A DNA stretch of 64,000 nt from Octopus sinensis. Lineage: Eukaryota. Shown piece by piece: positions 1 through 12,660 of the stretch (its first letter is position 1; every line of letters starts with the position of its first letter). The position numbers and the translations under genes were made by a program. The notes beneath the pieces are model-generated. The model made no database searches, had not been told where the DNA came from, and worked only from the letters and a program-made list of their open reading frames with translations. The DNA is taken from assembly GCF_006345805.1 (NCBI RefSeq), contig NC_042998.1, positions 188,790,001 to 188,854,000 on the forward strand. The letters are read 5' to 3'.

Positions 1-1380
1 CATCTGTAGCCATATTTCTGGAGAAAATGGTCGCAAACATTTACAAATAATGTATGTTCAAGCATTGCACATTCCGTTGACACACAGACACGCCGACAGA
101 CGCACATTGAAATCATCTCACACAAAACCATTCAAACTTACATGAATGTAACCCAGTCTAATATACTACTCGAACATTTGCACAAATTCACACATGTAAA
201 ACACATAGAATCCTTTTACAATAAACCTTTTACTTTATTTGCTCTCAATTCTTGTGGTTCTTTATAATTCTATTATGGTTATCATTGACGTCTAGTTTTT
301 GAATGCTATTGGTTCATGTTAATTTCCTGATTAGTAAAACCAAGATTAGGCTGTTAATTATTTGGTCATCATAAAAATGATGATTTTGTTATATATATTT
401 TTTTTTCATTGTTACATGGGGCAAATAAATCGATGAATATTTTCATCAGCGTTATACAGTTTAATATTCTGACCTACTAACAGTTTTATTATCATTACCA
501 TTTAAACTTCATCAGCAACACGAGAAACAAAACTCAAACAGGATTACCCATGTTTCTATTAAATTAATTGCTTTTTTCTATTTCAGATATTTGTTATATT
601 TCATTGCAACATTTCGATTTTTTTACGTTACTCCTATTAATTTCTCAATATTAATGCATTACTGGGAAATTAGAAGATAGGTAATAATGAGTTGTTAACC
701 AGATGGTTATTTACTGAATCGGTAGACGAATAGGCAGATGAAAGAGATTAAGTCAAATATAATATACAAAGTTTTTAGATTCTTGTTTTTGTTTCAAATT
801 CACGTGGTATTACAAATGACTTCAAAGTTTCAAGACTGATTCTGATAAACACCGAAAACTATGTAGACAGGTTCAGAGAGAGTACAGCAACTGGACAAAG
901 GGTTGATGATTCAAATATATTCACCGATAATATTAGGTGAGTATCTAATTTCTCTGAATGAGCATATACTCATAGGTTAGGTATAGCTTTCTGCAATGAA
1001 CAGTAAATATGTTGTACAACGAATAGACCACCTGTAATAATGATGCATACTTCAGAATTTTTGCTATGAAACATGCGTAGATTTTATGCAATACTCGTTT
1101 ACAGTCTTCAGAAGATTTATAATGGTGCACTTTTTGATGGGTTGGTCAAAGAAAGAATGGCAGTGCTCGTGATATTTTTCAAAACCTTGAAGACCTGTAG
1201 AGAAAAGAAGGAAGTTCTCCCTGGGTCAGAATTCTGTCTGAATGCTTACAACCAAGAGTAATCCTTCAAAATTATCCAAAGCCCAGATGATGATGTGTAG
1301 CCGAGTAACGGGATCAAACTACATCACAAAACGATGGTAGCTACACGTCTACATACACTCACTACTCAAGTCTACCAGGT

Positions 1381-1857
1381 ACGTCTAATTTTTATCTGGG
1401 ATCTGTGCAGAGCCATCCTTTGACGTAGAGTGTTTTTTGTTTGGCCTATGTATTGCTCTTGACACCCAGAGTTGGTTAGTACGTATATCAGGTTCTCCGA
1501 AGCACATGTGAAGCTGCTTTTCCCTGTGAAACATTGTCCCTGTTTGAAGAAGAACTCTGACCCCGCAATTAAATTAACACATATCCCACAGTTGGGTCTT
1601 CCGCATTTTTTTTTTTTTTGCTGACGGCTTCTGTGTTGGTGAGTGTATTCGGGCTTGTGTTAGGAGACTTTTCCGAGATTTGGGTTATCTCTTGCTTTTT
1701 TGATGGTGTGTGTATGGAGGATTAAGTTCATTCTGTGGTCCTTTTTTAGCGGGGGAATGTTTTGAAGGATGGTGTCGAAGGCTTCATTGTTAAGAGGGTT
1801 GTGTGTGGAGATGTATGGTAGGGCTTTTGGTTGCAAATCTTTCTTAAATTTGGAATG
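1381..1857 (-). mobile_element. Penelope-like element (PLE) fragment: linker plus GIY-YIG endonuclease, disrupted
   Basis: Manual minus-strand translation of 1605-1381 gives CGRPNCGICVNLIAGSEFFFKQGQCFTGKSSFTCASENLIYVLTNSGCQEQYIGQTKNTLRQRMALHRSQIK, i.e. a Cys-rich linker followed by LIY...YIGQT...R...H, the GIY-YIG motif of PLEs. Upstream sequence reads LPYISTHNP...KSKR*PKS, with a stop and a poly-T break. Missed by the ORF track. Confidence 0.88.
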
Positions 1858-1975
1858 TCATACATACACACACACAAATATATAAATATATATATATGTA
1901 CCAGAGTATGCACATAAATGTGAAACGAGGTGGAAAAGTAGTGCTCGAATACCGGAGCTAGAGTAATATGCTTTA

Positions 1976-1977
<2 letters not shown>

Positions 1978-2031
<54 letters not shown>

Positions 2032-2053
2032 ATGTATATGTATATATATATAT

Positions 2054-2084
<31 letters not shown>

Positions 2085-2099
2085 TATTATTATTATTAT

Positions 2100-2142
<43 letters not shown>
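1978..2142. repeat. Compound microsatellite (TG)n/(TA)n/(ATT)n/(ACT)n
   Basis: Read directly from the sequence. Confidence 0.95.
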
Positions 2143-2273
2143 GTATAAATATATATATATAGTAATATTCATTTTTATGTTATAATAAAAAGAATTTTAC
2201 ATTAACTTGAAGGAATTCTCAGTATCTTTGGTAGAGTACAAATTTATCATTCTTTAACAAGAATAGTACTGAG

Positions 2274-2314
2274 AGCGACTTCGAAATTTCGGCCAGTAAA
2301 GTCATCATCGGACT
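2274..2314 (-). ncRNA. Degenerate minimal hammerhead-like motif
   Basis: Minus strand reads AGT-CCGATGA-T-GACT ttact GGCC-GAAA-TTTCGAAG-TC-GCT: variant core, stem II with one mismatch, near-palindromic stem III, GUC triplet, and only a 3-bp stem I. Confidence 0.4.
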
Positions 2315-2407
2315 GTAATTCACTTAAGTTCATCTTGGTTTTATATAGTTTCGGAGAAGTTTAAAAGTTTCTAGTGCAACCTGAGGTCTGTTGAATGGTT
2401 ATATATA

Positions 2408-2736
2408 TATAAAATATACATTAGAGATAAAACCACTATTATGCAACTCAAACAGTGATAGACATAAACCAAAACATAAATAACAAATAAAATATATTCG
2501 TAGTTTTTTTTTTACTTATTATATATTGATTATTCATTTCTATACTTTTTGAGATCTAGTTATATGTTTTATAAAAATATATTTTATTTGTTGTTTATGT
2601 TTTGGTTTATATCTATCACTGCTTGAGTTGCATAATAGTGGTTTTATCTCTAATTTATATTTTATATATTTATATTGCGAAATTTTATTTAATACTAAAT
2701 TGATTTTTTCCCTGTAAGTTTGGAGTTATACTCCCT
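2408..2736 (+). mobile_element. Fold-back repeat family F, copy 1 (inverted arms ~2408-2498 and ~2576-2668, then a conserved 3' end)
   Basis: The arms are reverse complements. The 3' end tttttccctgtaagtttggag..atactccc is shared with 18673-19047 and 34905-34950 and is followed by (ATT)n. Confidence 0.8.
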
Positions 2737-2763
2737 ATTATTATTATCATTATTATTATTATT

Positions 2764-2822
<59 letters not shown>

Positions 2823-2899
2823 TATTATTATTATTATTATTATCATCATCATCATCATCTTCATTATTATCGTTATTATCATTATTATTATTATTATTA

Positions 2900-2931
<32 letters not shown>
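2737..2931. repeat. (ATT)n/(ATC)n trinucleotide microsatellite
   Basis: Read directly from the sequence. Confidence 0.95.
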
Positions 2932-2933
<2 letters not shown>

Positions 2934-3880
2934 CATACATACATATATACGAGTATCATGCAGGGAAGACGTTATTGTCTTAAAAAGTTAAATGCTTGAA
3001 CTGATAAATGCATATTTAATAATAAAACCAAAACCAAGCATTATCAGTTCGTCCGCTCTTCTTGTCACATAACAAAAACAGTTTCTCTTTAATTCAGAAT
3101 AGATAATGTTTTCGATTCAGGTGTCAGAAAATAAATTACATCTCAACTTGGACAAAAATCTCGAAACCCATTAGCCATTGAATTCATTTAATACAGAAGA
3201 CTGTGTTTGCATATTAATTAGTATTATTATATACTTTTTAGTATAATATCAAGATAGGTTTTCATAAACCTCACGTTATTATATGCGTTGTTTTACGAAA
3301 AAGTGGAGGTTGCATTCAAGAATATTTACACAATTTCCGATAGGTATTAACAAAAGGAAATGCTACAGTGGTATCACATACTTAAATGAAAAGCTTCGTT
3401 GTTATGTTTGACAGAACAACTTTAGACTTAAATTATAGCAGAAACATGAGAATTATGAGAATAAAGACAATTGGAGCAGCTAACTGGAGTAGACGATATA
3501 TTATTGCACACACAAAAAAAACTAGTGTGTATCAGTGTGAGTTTCTAATATAGGCCAGGCTTCAAAGTAGAAGGAAATGGTATAAACTATTATACCGACC
3601 CATCTGTCTCAACTGATCCAATCCCTTTCTTCAGTTAACGAAAGAGAATTATGACAAAGGTTTGTCTTTTTGTATTAATAAGCAGCTTTTCAAAAATTCT
3701 GATTTTGTATAGAATTAACATGCAATAAAAGACGCTGTCAGAACATATTATTTCACCAAAGCTCACTTTGTATTACGGGAAGTGTTGTTTCTTATATTGA
3801 CTTATTTTCAATCACAAAAATTGTCATTTTAATCAAAATTTTAAGTAAATGATCAACATTACCACCGACAATTCAATACC

Positions 3881-4114
3881 TATTTCTTTACTACCCACAA
3901 GGAGCTAAACACAGAGACGATAAACAAGGACAGACAAACGGATTAAGTCGGATATATCGACCCCAGTGCGTAGCTGGTACTTATTTAATCGACCCCGAAA
4001 GAATGAAAGGCAAAGTCGACCACGGCGGAATTTTAACTCAGAACTTAACGGCAGACAAAATATGGCTACGTATTTCGCCTGGTGGTGCTAACGTTTCTGC
4101 CAGCTCGCCGCCTT
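3881..4114 (-). mobile_element. SINE family A (tRNA-derived head), full length
   Basis: Reverse complement of the family A consensus (ggcggcgagctggcagaaacgttagc...gagttcaaattcc...tttcatcctttcggggtcgataaattaagtaccag...aaagaaata). 11-bp TSD aattcaatacc at 3870-3880 and 4115-4125. Confidence 0.93.
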
Positions 4115-6189
4115 AATTCAATACCATTAACACAATAGGTTGAATATGGAGGCGAAATTATCTTTGTTCTATTATATACATTGTCTATCCAATGAAAACA
4201 TTTGCGAAAGTCTTCTGAAGATTAGCCTTCCTGCGAAGAAATATGAATGATCGTTAATAAATCCAGAGTTAACATCTTGGGAACTTTGATTTTGAGTCTA
4301 TATAAAGTTGAACCACATTCAAGAAGGCCAGCAAACCTGAACCACACACAAAGGAAATTGCTTTAATCCTCTCTTTATTAATCATATACACAAAGAATAA
4401 TACACTCTCATATGTATTATCATAATCAAAATGCTCTCCAGTTTTTAAGTTACCCCCAATTACATGCTGACTTTAAACGCACCAAATTTCAGCTTACACC
4501 TGAGTATGTAATTTATGATATTAATGGCTGGTTGTGCGTTATGATATCGGTTCGTGATGGTGTAGTAGACTGTGTAATGTTTTTATTGACTTTGGTGCGC
4601 TGCATTTATTGCGTTATGTTGTCTGGTGATAATTTAGGTTTGTGTCATATCAGTTATCCTATTTTATTGGATTATGATAGGCTGGCTTGCATGGAGACAA
4701 TGCTCTCTGAAATTGAGCTATTGAAATGAAGGTGTCTTGTGTAGGATAAGGATTGTGTCTAGCGGAGAGGAGCTGTGTCTAGCAGAGAGGCTGCGACTTG
4801 AACTCTGACATGCTTTTTATATTTTTGTTCATATATTTTACTCGTACCCAGAAATCGAATCATATACTCTTTTAGTTTTATATCCAACATTTTAATGTTT
4901 CAGTGTCAATATCCTTGGCATTATTCTAAGTTTCCGAGCGATTATTTTGTCGGAAAGGAAGAGGATGTCTCTGAGGTTACAGAAATATTTGTTCCAGGCC
5001 TTGATAATTATACCTGAATATTTTCCTTTCAGCTCTTTGTCAGTCTTATATAACACACTTTCACTGCACTATTGAGCACAACTCTCTGCGTACTTTGGGA
5101 AAGTGAAATGTGTCGTTTTCGATTTCGATTTTCTATTGTAATCGGCGTAATATGCATATAATGCTTATAAGTACTCTGTATTTTCTATATACTCTGCATA
5201 TTTTATGTCTGGTTATTTTAATTATGTATTAGTCGCCATGGTATTTAAAATCATTCCCAGGAAACATGTTATCATAAGGATCGCTTTAGTTTTCTTTTCC
5301 CCATTCTGGTTATCTTTGTATTAGCATCGCATTCCGTGGACACATTTAAGCTTAATTTTTCTTCGTATTTTGAAATATCTATGGCTACATTATCCAAAGT
5401 ATCTTTTCTTCTCTAAAACAGAAGGGTATGATATAAGTGAGATTTGGTTGCTGTTTCCAGCATGTCTACCTGCTGCATATTATTGTGGTACATATACATG
5501 CGATGCAGTGATACTAATGATGATGATTATGCTATGAAAGAAGGAATGCTTTGATGATTACTTTACTGGAGGTAGTGTTATAATGCGTTTAGAGTGGATG
5601 TTCACAACAATTTTAATTTTAAGTGTTCCTGTTGCTTATCTTGGCACAACTTTCAAAACCTTAATCAATATTTCTTAATTAATTTGGCACATATATGGTC
5701 AACAAATAGACCATACTAAACAATATACAGCATTTATAGACAGTGAGCGTTTTAATTCAATAGTACAACATATACTCTCTGCACACAACACATATACTAT
5801 ACAATAAAACCCAGTAAAAGAATATAGTTCTCGAGTCCTATGGAATCAGTACCATACAATATAAAACACACACACACAGTACATATCTACGTAATCACTA
5901 TTCAATAAAATAGCAATGCATACAATTAATCGATACTCTATATTATCGCACCTGCTAACACAACACAAAGCTTACACAACTGCTTTAATATGCCACAACC
6001 GACGTATCACATAAGCTGCACAATTACTATCCGGCACCAAAATACCTCACACTAATTACTCAGTAAACACGAAACCCAAACAACACCCAACAAAAAAAAA
6101 ACAGTTCGTACTGCACGTATTAATTACGCACCTGATGAAACCGTAAAATATTACCAGAAACATTAAAAGAAATCACAAACAAAAGCAAA

Positions 6190-6590
6190 CCCGATGAAGA
6201 CGCTCGACCTTTATTCTCTAGAAAAACGACGACGCCGTGGTGATCTTATTCTTGCTCACAACATCATAAGCGGAAAGTGTAACCTCTCGAAAGAGCTGTT
6301 CTTCACTCCTGCTCCAGAGCGTCGGCTGCGGGGTCACTCCGAAAAGCCCTATCTGCGACGATTTCATCTCAATCGAAGGAGAGGGGCTTTCTCCGTCCGG
6401 GTTGCGGATCCGTGGAATAAGCTGCCGGACGAGATAGTGAAGATGCCGACGACCGCTCGGTTCAAAGTCTCTCTTGACCAGAAATGACCTGAACTCTTTG
6501 TATGACCACCCTCCTTGTACATAACTCCCTGTCCCCCTACATGGCCTTGCTTTTTGCTTTTTGAGCCGAAAAATTAACTAACTAACTAAC
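6190..6590 (+). mobile_element. CR1-like LINE, 5'-truncated 3' end
   Basis: ORF 6194-6487 reads LDLYSLEKRRRRGDLI...RGHS...FSVRVADPWNKLP...FKVSLD, a typical CR1-group ORF2 C-terminus. Short 3' UTR ends in an (ACTA)n tail. Confidence 0.9.
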
Positions 6591-7453
6591 AATGTTACAA
6601 TACTGCACCCGCCTCTGGAAGACAGATGTACATCTGTAATACAGTAGAAAGCCGCAATAGCATTATTGAAATCCTGATAATAATCGACTCTAACATAAGC
6701 TCTAAACAGCTAATTTTAAAGGAAGTATTACTCGTTAAGGGTTTGAGCCACTGAGGCTGGGAAGACAGTAAGCGGGCTTGCGGGTGACAAAGACTGGACG
6801 ACGATGACCTTTCCGAACACCTGTTCAAAATTCTAGGGGTCGTGTTTACCAGACGAAGATATTTTATTGCACCTGCAGTGAATAGTCACAATATGTGACA
6901 AAATGGCAGTATTTCTTCCATCCGAATGTTTGTAAACATCTGATTATGTATGGGAGAAGATGAGAGCGGATCTAATTCTTGTGAAGGGTGCCAAACGGCG
7001 AAAACGGCAATATTTTGGCCTGGTTATATGAGGGTAGATCTGTTGGGGCTCGGCGGGAGAATTACAGGCTCATGGGCGACGAAGACGAAGGCAAAGCAGT
7101 GACATCAAATACTGATCGCCAAAAACCTTGGCAGTGTGCGGTGCAGCACGAACACATACTGTTTGGCAGAGAATGGCGGATGTGTCTCGGATTTGAGAAT
7201 GAAAATATTCATTCATTCAATTATGGGTGTGTACGTGTGTGTGTTCATTTGTATGAATGTATGCATTAGCGACAGCAGCCATCATTTATTAACACGGGAA
7301 TCCTGGAATTGTGCACCGACAGCAACGTAAATTTTAATATAGAGATAGAATGAGAGAAAGCTGGAGAGAGAAAAAAGACAGCGACAATGAGAGGCACTGA
7401 GAAGGATGCAAAGAAACAAACGCATTTATATAAAATATGTTTTTGTATATTTC

Positions 7454-7712
<259 letters not shown>

Positions 7713-8384
7713 GATTCATACATACAGATTGCCATACATATATACATAGATATATTTTTTTAAATGATAGAAGGGTAATCTCCAAATAAGCGTAAAATGA
7801 GAATGTCATTGTTTTAAGATATTTTAGTCTGGTTAATGTCGGCCGTATGAATAAATTAATCCCTTCCACAACATCACTTTAAGTTTTAAGGTCATATTCA
7901 TAGAGACACTAATATTTGCCTCTGCTGCAGATATATGTTCGAATGTCAAAATCTAGTCAGCTTTGAGATGGGCGATTTAACAAACTTATCCAGCATTTGT
8001 GCTTTGTTTATCAATAAGGCAAATTTGAATAGTAACTTGGCGATCAATGCAAACAGACTGCAGACGTAGGTATCAAAATTGAAGAAATATTATAAAAGGA
8101 TGATACAGAACGACAGGAAAGGAACGGTAATCTATAAAATATAACAAAGAAACAGAAAAGCAAAAAAATGGGAGGATTTTTACTGATTTTTAAAACATAC
8201 CGTTATTTATATGCATTCAGTAAGTTTGAATTATACGTATATTTCCACCAGTACACCAATAATATTAAACGTTTTGCTGTCTTTCCTATATGTGATATGT
8301 ACGTGCGCGTGTGTGTATATATACATACATACACAGGTATACACATGCATACACACACACACATACACATATATTTATACATAC

Positions 8385-8429
<45 letters not shown>

Positions 8430-8433
<4 letters not shown>

Positions 8434-8544
8434 CCTGCTCGCTTAGCCAGCGGGGGGTGGCGTCATTTGAAGGCTAAAACAATGCGAAGCGCATTGTGAC
8501 CAGCGATGTGTAGCAACATCTGATAGCCTGGTCGGTCACGTGAT

Positions 8545-8551
<7 letters not shown>
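8430..8551 (+). mobile_element. ~120 bp structured repeat embedded in (TA)n, probably the isolated 3' tail of a SINE (family C)
   Basis: Near-identical reverse-complement copy at 28320-28441, and both are flanked by (TA)n. Assignment as a SINE tail is from memory of octopus repeats, not shown in this window. Confidence 0.75.
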
Positions 8552-8596
<45 letters not shown>

Positions 8597-8608
8597 TAAT
8601 TTTCTCTC

Positions 8609-9170
8609 ACTAAACAAATTGAAGGCATGGCTGCTCTCGACTATTGGGATCGCCTTAAAGCCTTAAAACTTTACTCCCTCCAGCGTCGCCGTGAGCGGTA
8701 CATCATTTGTACAATGTGGAAAATATACCGCCAACTTTGCCCAACGACCTAAACATTAGCTTCAAGGTTCATCCGAGACTTGGACCACGGGCTATACGTC
8801 CCCTGCCAAATTCAAGATCACAACATACATGTACACTGCAACATAATTTCTTTTCCTCAACAGGCCCTGCCCTATTTAACATTGTCCCGAGGGAGATCAA
8901 AGAGGAAAAGGATCCCATCAACTTCAAACAGAGTCTGGATAGATTCCTTCAAAGAATACCAGATAAGCCACCCATAGTTGGATACAACTCACCCAACAAG
9001 AACTCACTACTTGAACAAAACTGGATACAACTCACCCAACAAGAACTCACTACTTGAACAAAACTTGACTTAAACAGGATTCGAATAATCCTATCAGGTG
9101 GTGCTATTAAGTTAGACATGGCCTGGACCAATCTCTGGTCGAAACATATCTAAGTTTTATCTAAGTTTTA
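8609..9170 (+). mobile_element. CR1-like LINE 3' end (second family), frameshifted
   Basis: Translates as TKQIEGMAALDYWDRLKALKLYSLQRRRERYIICTMWKI, then (frameshift) ...GPALFNIVPREIK...FKQSLDRFLQRIPDKP. Tail (tatctaagttt)x2; flanked by (TA)n. Contains a 43-bp tandem duplication at 8979-9064. Confidence 0.88.
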
Positions 9171-9181
9171 TATATATATAT

Positions 9182-9214
<33 letters not shown>

Positions 9215-9217
<3 letters not shown>

Positions 9218-9243
9218 TACCGTGCAAAAGTCTTCGGTCACTT
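9215..9243 (+). mobile_element. Tc1-like terminal inverted repeat, single end
   Basis: TA followed by ctaccgtgcaaaagtcttcggtcactt resembles Tc1-family TIRs. No partner end found. Confidence 0.4.
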
Positions 9244-9600
9244 TAACATATTGCAAATTTCCACCTTATAAGTGGAGGTTTCGCATAGCGTTTTTTACAG
9301 ATGAAACATTGGCCCTGTTATTATATTTTGTAGTAGGGGTTCTGAATGAGAGGGGATGACACGAGACGACCCCCCCCCCACCGCCAAAGTGCCCGTGCGA
9401 ATGTTTTCGACCACCTCACATAAACCAATCAAGATATGGTGTTTTAGAACAGAAAGATGTTTATAATGAAAATTTATTACATAATTTTCATCTCAAGAAA
9501 TTATACACACACACACACATATACATATATATACACACATGCCCCCACACACACATACACAACTCGATATGTAGATGGATAACCAGACAGACTGACAGAG

Positions 9601-9667
<67 letters not shown>

Positions 9668-10709
9668 TCCTTAGTTTTCAGCAATATGTACATTTGTATG
9701 TTATCTTGTGCTTTATCCATCCGCAGACATACGTAGGGAAATTTCACGGGTATATATTTAAGTAGAGGCTACATACTTTCACTAGATTAAAAATAATCCT
9801 GTACTCATTACCTCAAGTGCGTTATCCTGAACTTAACTATATGATGTACATGCAGAAGGAAACGGTGGGACATTTTAGGATTTTTTAAAATTACCTAATC
9901 AGTGAATAAGCTTTACACCAAAATTATACGCTATCCAACGCGTTCTCTAATGAAGTCACTCTAATGTTAAATATACTGTAATAAGAAGATCGAAACGTGA
10001 CTGGAGTTGTCCCCATAGCTGCCAATGATCAGATTGACCAAACCTTTCCATATCTCAATTTGATTTTTGATGAATTTCCTGATATCTCTCTATGAGAGTA
10101 ATTTTCATTAACGATAATTAATATTTTTCTCATTACGGTTATAATGTAATTAGATTTAAAATCATTTTCCGCTCTTCGCACCAAGTATATTAGCCTGTGT
10201 TTTTGCTGTATGTATAGAAACCCACTCCTATAAGCGCACACGCCATATGTACGTGTGAAGGAGTTCCTAGGACAAACAGGAGAGAGAGTACTCATTATCA
10301 GAGGGAAGAGTATGCATAATTTTCCATTATGTAGATTATAATAACATTCAGCAACCCATCCAATGCCTTGCATTTTCTGCAAGTAGAGCAAATTTACAAG
10401 CATTCTTTAGTCGTTTGAGGAATTGATGGCTCTCAATCAGTTCTCAAAATAATTAAAGAATGCCTGTAAAATTGCTCTACGAGCAGTAAACGCAAAATAT
10501 TAGATGGGTAGCTGACTATAACTTGAATAATGAAAAATTGCCTGCATCGGGAGTAATATTGCTGCAAAATAGGTGGGATATATAACTGTATGCTTGAAAC
10601 ATAGTGTAGAAATGTAGAAAACATTTGCCCAAGGGGCCATGTAGGATGTTTGAACCCGAGATTGTGAAGCTAACTTCTTAATTACACCACAATGACTGAT
10701 AAAACAGGG

Positions 10710-10860
10710 GACAACTGATGAAGGGATTGTTCTTTATGTTGACTGTCTCGTTTCTTTATTTATTTATTTCGTTTTTCGAAAAAAAGTTCGCTTTTTTTTT
10801 ATGTTCACGTTTTTCCTTTTGTTTACGTTTTTTACGTCCTGTACCAATATATGCATGATA
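10710..10860 (+). mobile_element. Short repeat related to the family E arm (probable PLE terminal fragment)
   Basis: Starts gacaactgatgaagggattgttctttatgtt, similar to 12836-12866; T-rich body ends in TA-rich sequence. Confidence 0.5.
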
Positions 10861-10979
10861 TATATACATATATATGTAGGTATGTACATATATGTATGTA
10901 TATATGTATACATATATATATTATTTATATTATTACATGATCGAACGCCACGCATCCATTTCCAAGTAAGTTTTATCTT

Positions 10980-11084
<105 letters not shown>

Positions 11085-11459
11085 AATTAAAAGATATTTG
11101 TTATTTTATGCACTTCTCTACTTCCTCACAGTTCCGCGGTACATAAACACACTTAATAAATCAATGGTTTTAGGCCAGCAATAATCTTTATTTTTCTGGT
11201 AAATTTACTGCCATACAATCGCTGATTGCAATCAGTTTATCATGTAAACGAGAAAATTGAGGAAGGGTACCAATTATGTTGATACTTCTCCTGCAGATAC
11301 AGACTCATAAGCGTGAATACGTTTCCTAAACGTGGGTGGTTGAAAATGTGAGCTGTTGATATATCTGCTAAGTTGCAACTGGTAACAAACTTTCACAATC
11401 ATCTTCACTCGATTGGTTAAACACACACACACGACACATACATATGCATGTATGAGTAG

Positions 11460-12140
11460 ATATGTATGCATGTATGTGTGTATGTGTGTATGTATGTATG
11501 TATGTATGTATGTATGTATGTATGTATGTATGTATGTATGTATGTTTGTATGTATGTATGTATGTATGTATGTATGTATATATGTATGTCTGTATGTATG
11601 TATGTATGTATGTATGTATGTATGAATTGTATGTATGTATGTACGTACGTATGTATGTACGTATGTATGTATGTATGTATGTATGTATGTATGTATGTAT
11701 GTATGTATGGGTATGTATACGTACGTATGTTGTCTGTATGTATGTATGTAGTATGTATGTATGTACGTACGTATGTATGTATGTGTAATTATATATGTAT
11801 GATGTACGTACGTATGTTGTATGTAATGTATGTACGTATGTATGTATGTATGTATGTAGGTTGTAATGTAATGTATGTATGTATGTATGTAGTATGTATG
11901 TATGTATGTATGTACATACGTATGTTGTAATGTGGTATGTATGTATGTAGGTATGTATGTACGTATGTATGTATGTATGTATGTATGTACGTACGTATGT
12001 ATGTATGTATGTATGTATGTACGTACGTATGTATGTATGTATGTATGTATGTATGTACGTACGTACGTATGTATGTATGTATGTATGTATGTATGTATGT
12101 ACGTTTGTATGTACGTTTGTATGTACGTTTGTATGTATGT
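11460..12140. repeat. Long degenerate (ATGT)n array, ~680 bp
   Basis: Read directly; source of the MYVC/HTYI pseudo-ORFs. Confidence 0.95.
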
Positions 12141-12322
12141 ATTATTTGCATGTGTGTGCGTGTGAGTGTGTGTAAGAGAGTGGCAGAAAGAGCTTTATTT
12201 ACATTTTGAGATAATGTTCAAGTATTGCATAATGCATTATAATTAATGCGCAATAATGCAAACACACCCACAAGTGGACACACGCAGATGTATACACATG
12301 CATAATACACAAACACGTTCAA

Positions 12323-12358
<36 letters not shown>

Positions 12359-12449
12359 ATATATATATAAAAGATACATATGCATATATACATACATATA
12401 TATATATATATACATACATATATATGTATATATATATATATATATGTGT

Positions 12450-12593
12450 GTTACGTAGCGGTTCGGCAAAAGAGACCGATAGAATAAGTACTGGGCTTAC
12501 AAAAAGAATAAGTCCCGGGGTCGAGTTGTTCGATTAAAGGCGGTGCTCCAGCATGGCCGCAGTCAAATGACTGAAACAAGTAAAAGAGTAAAA

Positions 12594-12594
<1 letters not shown>
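12450..12594 (+). mobile_element. SINE family B, 3' half
   Basis: agcggttcggcaaaagagaccgatagaataagtact...aaaggcggtgctccagcatggccgcagtcaaatgactgaaacaagtaaaagag matches the full copies (e.g. 43745-44130). Confidence 0.9.
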
Positions 12595-12645
<51 letters not shown>

Positions 12646-12660
12646 TGTGTGTGTGTGTGT

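Noticed and set aside
4412-4729. 105-aa ORF as a host gene
   Set aside because: No recognisable motif or splice context; probably decayed TE or chance ORF.
11413-12209. Long ORFs of MYVC/HTYI repeats (also 7334-7869, 21027-21462, 50428-51000 and many others)
   Set aside because: Stop-free reading of di- and tetranucleotide microsatellites in several frames at once; no coding signal.
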